Shown here: piece after piece, positions 61,601-64,000 of the stretch
How the letters are laid out: the number at the start of each line of letters is the position of its first letter
How positions within the stretch are numbered: the stretch's first letter is position 1
From: Thalia democratica
Lineage: Eukaryota
Assembly: GCA_965202585.1 (NCBI GenBank)
Contig: OZ241833.1
Coordinates: forward strand, 23,808,001 to 23,872,000
Direction of reading: 5' to 3'
Length of the DNA: 64,000 nucleotides
Position numbers and translations under genes: made by a program
The notes under the pieces: generated by a model
Databases searched by the model: none
Told to the model about the DNA's origin: nothing
The model's input: only the letters and a program-made list of their open reading frames with translations

Positions 61601-63871
61601 TTTATCGACTCCTGTATGAGAAAGAGCAGCAAAAACTTTGAAAATTTATAGACACTTATAATTTTTTTTTTAAATAAGTAGTTAAAACGTGTAAGAATTA
61701 CATATACGTATATATACTTCCAAAATTATGTAAATATTTACTAACAAAAAACTAAAATACTACAACGTAAACAGGTTACATCGTCAATGTGCATGTCTGC
61801 TAGCACGGTGAGGTACACTTCGGAACCATCAAGTGCTTGCTCATCACTCTTTACTTCTATGACATCTCCATTTGTGTCTTGCTTCCCTGTTGTTTCTGCA
61901 GCTGCCTTTGAAGAAATGTGCCATGTCGAAGCTGCCCAGATGTGCAACGTTGCTAAGGCCTACCAGCTCACTTGTAAGTTGCAAGGCGTGGATATTGCTG
62001 TGCCAAACGACTGCTTGAGGTGTATTGATGAATCTACAGGAATGTCGCTTGCAGTTGGAGAATCAACTAAGGCCGAAACTGGATCAGTTGACGTTGTACT
62101 TGTCCTTCAAGAAGCCAGCTGTCTAAAGTTTTTTTTTTAAATTATAAAATTATTAACAGTTTTACTGTTGACTTTTTTATAAGTTTTGAAAATTTATAAT
62201 TAAGTTATTTTGTTTGTAAATGAGTACACTTTAAAATTGTAAACTAAATTACATAAATTTATAAAATTCTGTGTGTAGTAAATATTGAATCATTTAAAAA
62301 TATATTTTCAAGCTTTTAGAGAGTAGCTTTAAATAGTATATAAGAAAGTGTAAGTTTTAATGGAGTTGTTAGGTACCGTCATAACTTTTTTTATGTTTTT
62401 GTTACCAATTAAACTTTAACCATACATAATTTCTTTATTTGTTAAAAAGAACTTTTTACAAGTTTATCTTATGTTTTTGCTCTCTTATATCTGAAAGAAA
62501 ACTAAAAAAAAAGGTCTTAATTGTCATTTTATCATATAAACTTTAATTAGAATTTATTTAATTAAAATTAAAACTTTTAAACATGTTATAAAAATTAATA
62601 AGTTTTTATATTTGTAACTCGTTTATTAGAAACAACTCTCGCTCTTTGAGCACGTTCGTGAGAAAATTCTTGAAGCAGTCATCACAGTCTTTCTCATCTG
62701 TGGAATTACCAAACACTAGATATTATGTTGTTGGATATGGAGGTCCAGGTGCCAACAATGAGCCTCATTCATTCACTATGAGAGGAAAGATTTCATCTAG
62801 CAGAAGAGTACGTTTAATATATAAATTAAAAGAAATATTTTTGATGCTACTTTTAATCTGTAAATTACAATGAGTATAAAGATTTACTTTTTATATAATT
62901 GTTGGATTTTTTAAAAGTTTATTCACGCCAATTAAAAAAACTATTTGAATTAAAAATTTGTAAATAAATAAAATTAATACTTTTTAGTTAAAATTCTAAA
63001 CTTTGAAATTAAGCAAGTGCAATGTATAAACTTAAACAGGGTGACATATATAAAGTGATCAAAAGTATAGACTTGAGTTCAAACGATGTTTCAGCCAATG
63101 GAACGGATGCAATAAACTTTGCAAGCAAGCTTCCTTTCAGAGCCGGATCTCAGCAAGTAATCCTCCATTTGTCCTGTGACATATGCGGATCTAACCCAAT
63201 GGTCAGTCTTATTAAGTATATATTTTTATGTGGTTTATACTTTTTAGTTTTATAAACATGGTGAGAAACAATGGTGAGTCTTAACAAGTAATTACCTTTT
63301 CAACATAAACACTTTTCTTTCAAAGATCGGGTTTACGTTCTTTAGGGTTATTTGTTTGCAAACTTATTTCTTTTTAAATAGCTGTTAGTTATCATAAGGT
63401 ATGTACAGTACATAATACATAAACTTCTTTCAATAGTTGAACCAAGTTCAAAACGATCTTCTGAGCAAAAAAGTTCAGTTTCATCATATGCCTATTCGAT
63501 CAATCGAAACTGCATCTGGATATATAGTAAGCTTTGTAAAGTTTAACTTTATAGTCGTACTCTTTTATTTGTTTTTCAACGTTTCTTTTTTTTAAACATT
63601 CTTGTTTTTAAATACCAATTAAATTTTAAGTTTGGATATATAGCAATAGTAATTAACGACATTTAACTACAAGCGCAAACTTTTAACGAGCAAACTATGA
63701 TGCTTTACTTTTTTTTTATTCACAATTTTGATTTAGGTTCATGGTTATAGTAACAAATATGCATTTACTGAAGATCCTGATGACCAGGTTTCAATTGGCA
63801 TTGAAGCCGCGGATAAATGCGTAGAAATGGCTTCAAAGTTAAACGGTTATGTTTGGAACGGTAAAGACATG
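46670..63871 (+). CDS. Large lipid transfer protein (apolipophorin / apoLTP / vitellogenin superfamily), >=~3970 aa; continues past the window end
   Basis: Phase-consistent exons: 46670-46736 (signal peptide MRIYALTISLLLLEALVRKGQT), 47599-47634, 48303-48478, 48547-48768, 49041-49193, 49407-49593, 49762-50020, 50430-50595, 50748-52709, 52839-53016, 53111-53291, 53379-60120, 60305-60493, 60581-60841, 61049-61270, 61775-62127, 62630-62807, 63040-63201, 63437-63526, 63737-~63871. Vitellogenin-N motifs: YTYNYNY, EDPEWALNIKKGILSSLQ, ETDIIGEC.TSY, LRAIGNAG, RVAAIQALRRMPC, DSEIRINAY, FVPRAASLNLT.ELFGQAVN.FE.GGR.EG.E, LPTMVGLPL. The vWD region has RTFDGCHFYF and GGLLGVFDNEPAFDF..P.GE...FAKSW, followed by a Cys-rich C8 region and a vWA-like DVVLVLQE..C segment. 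Confidence 0.92.
47215..47326 (+). repeat. Two-unit ~56-bp tandem repeat in intron 1 of the lipid transfer protein gene
   Basis: gca.agatttga.aaaa.tacaatt.at.tagata....tattcga..tat.tt occurs twice in tandem. Confidence 0.75.
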
Positions 63872-64000
63872 GTTAGAATTTGTATTTTTAAATCAGTTAG
63901 ATTATTATAAAGTATTAACAAACTATTGAAGAACAACGAACATTAGTAATTTAAAAAAAGAAGATCGACAGCCTTTTAAATGTAAGAAGGCTGGTTTAAC

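Noticed and set aside
1-64000. CRISPR arrays, rRNA, tRNA genes and prokaryotic operon-type systems
   Set aside because: No regularly spaced repeat-spacer array, rRNA-like sequence or complete tRNA cloverleaf was seen; the window is intron-containing eukaryotic DNA.

Overview
AT-rich animal (invertebrate-like) genomic DNA with spliced genes; the species cannot be fixed from sequence alone. All exon models were built by hand from GT-AG sites, phase consistency and family motifs. (1) Minus strand, about 844-7772: an ACP5/TRAP-like (purple acid phosphatase family) gene with an N-terminal type II membrane anchor. It lacks the Fe(III)-binding Tyr (GDNFY->GDNFS) and the active-site His (GNHD->GNDD), and its last exon(s) run off the left edge. 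(2) About 8-21 kb: largely non-coding, with a head-to-head inverted Penelope-like (GIY-YIG) fragment and MITE remnants. (3) Two tandem 14-exon SLC22 transporter genes on the plus strand (21652-28380 and 34731-42145), with shared flanking non-coding blocks, near-identical exon tracts and charge differences in TM1, TM2 and TM11. (4) A very large lipid transfer protein gene (apolipophorin/apoLTP/vitellogenin superfamily) from 46670 to beyond the window end, at least about 3970 aa, with a 6.7-kb exon, vWD, C8 and a vWA-like C-terminal region. A roughly 120-150 bp hairpin-forming repeat with compensatory base changes occurs about 8 times.
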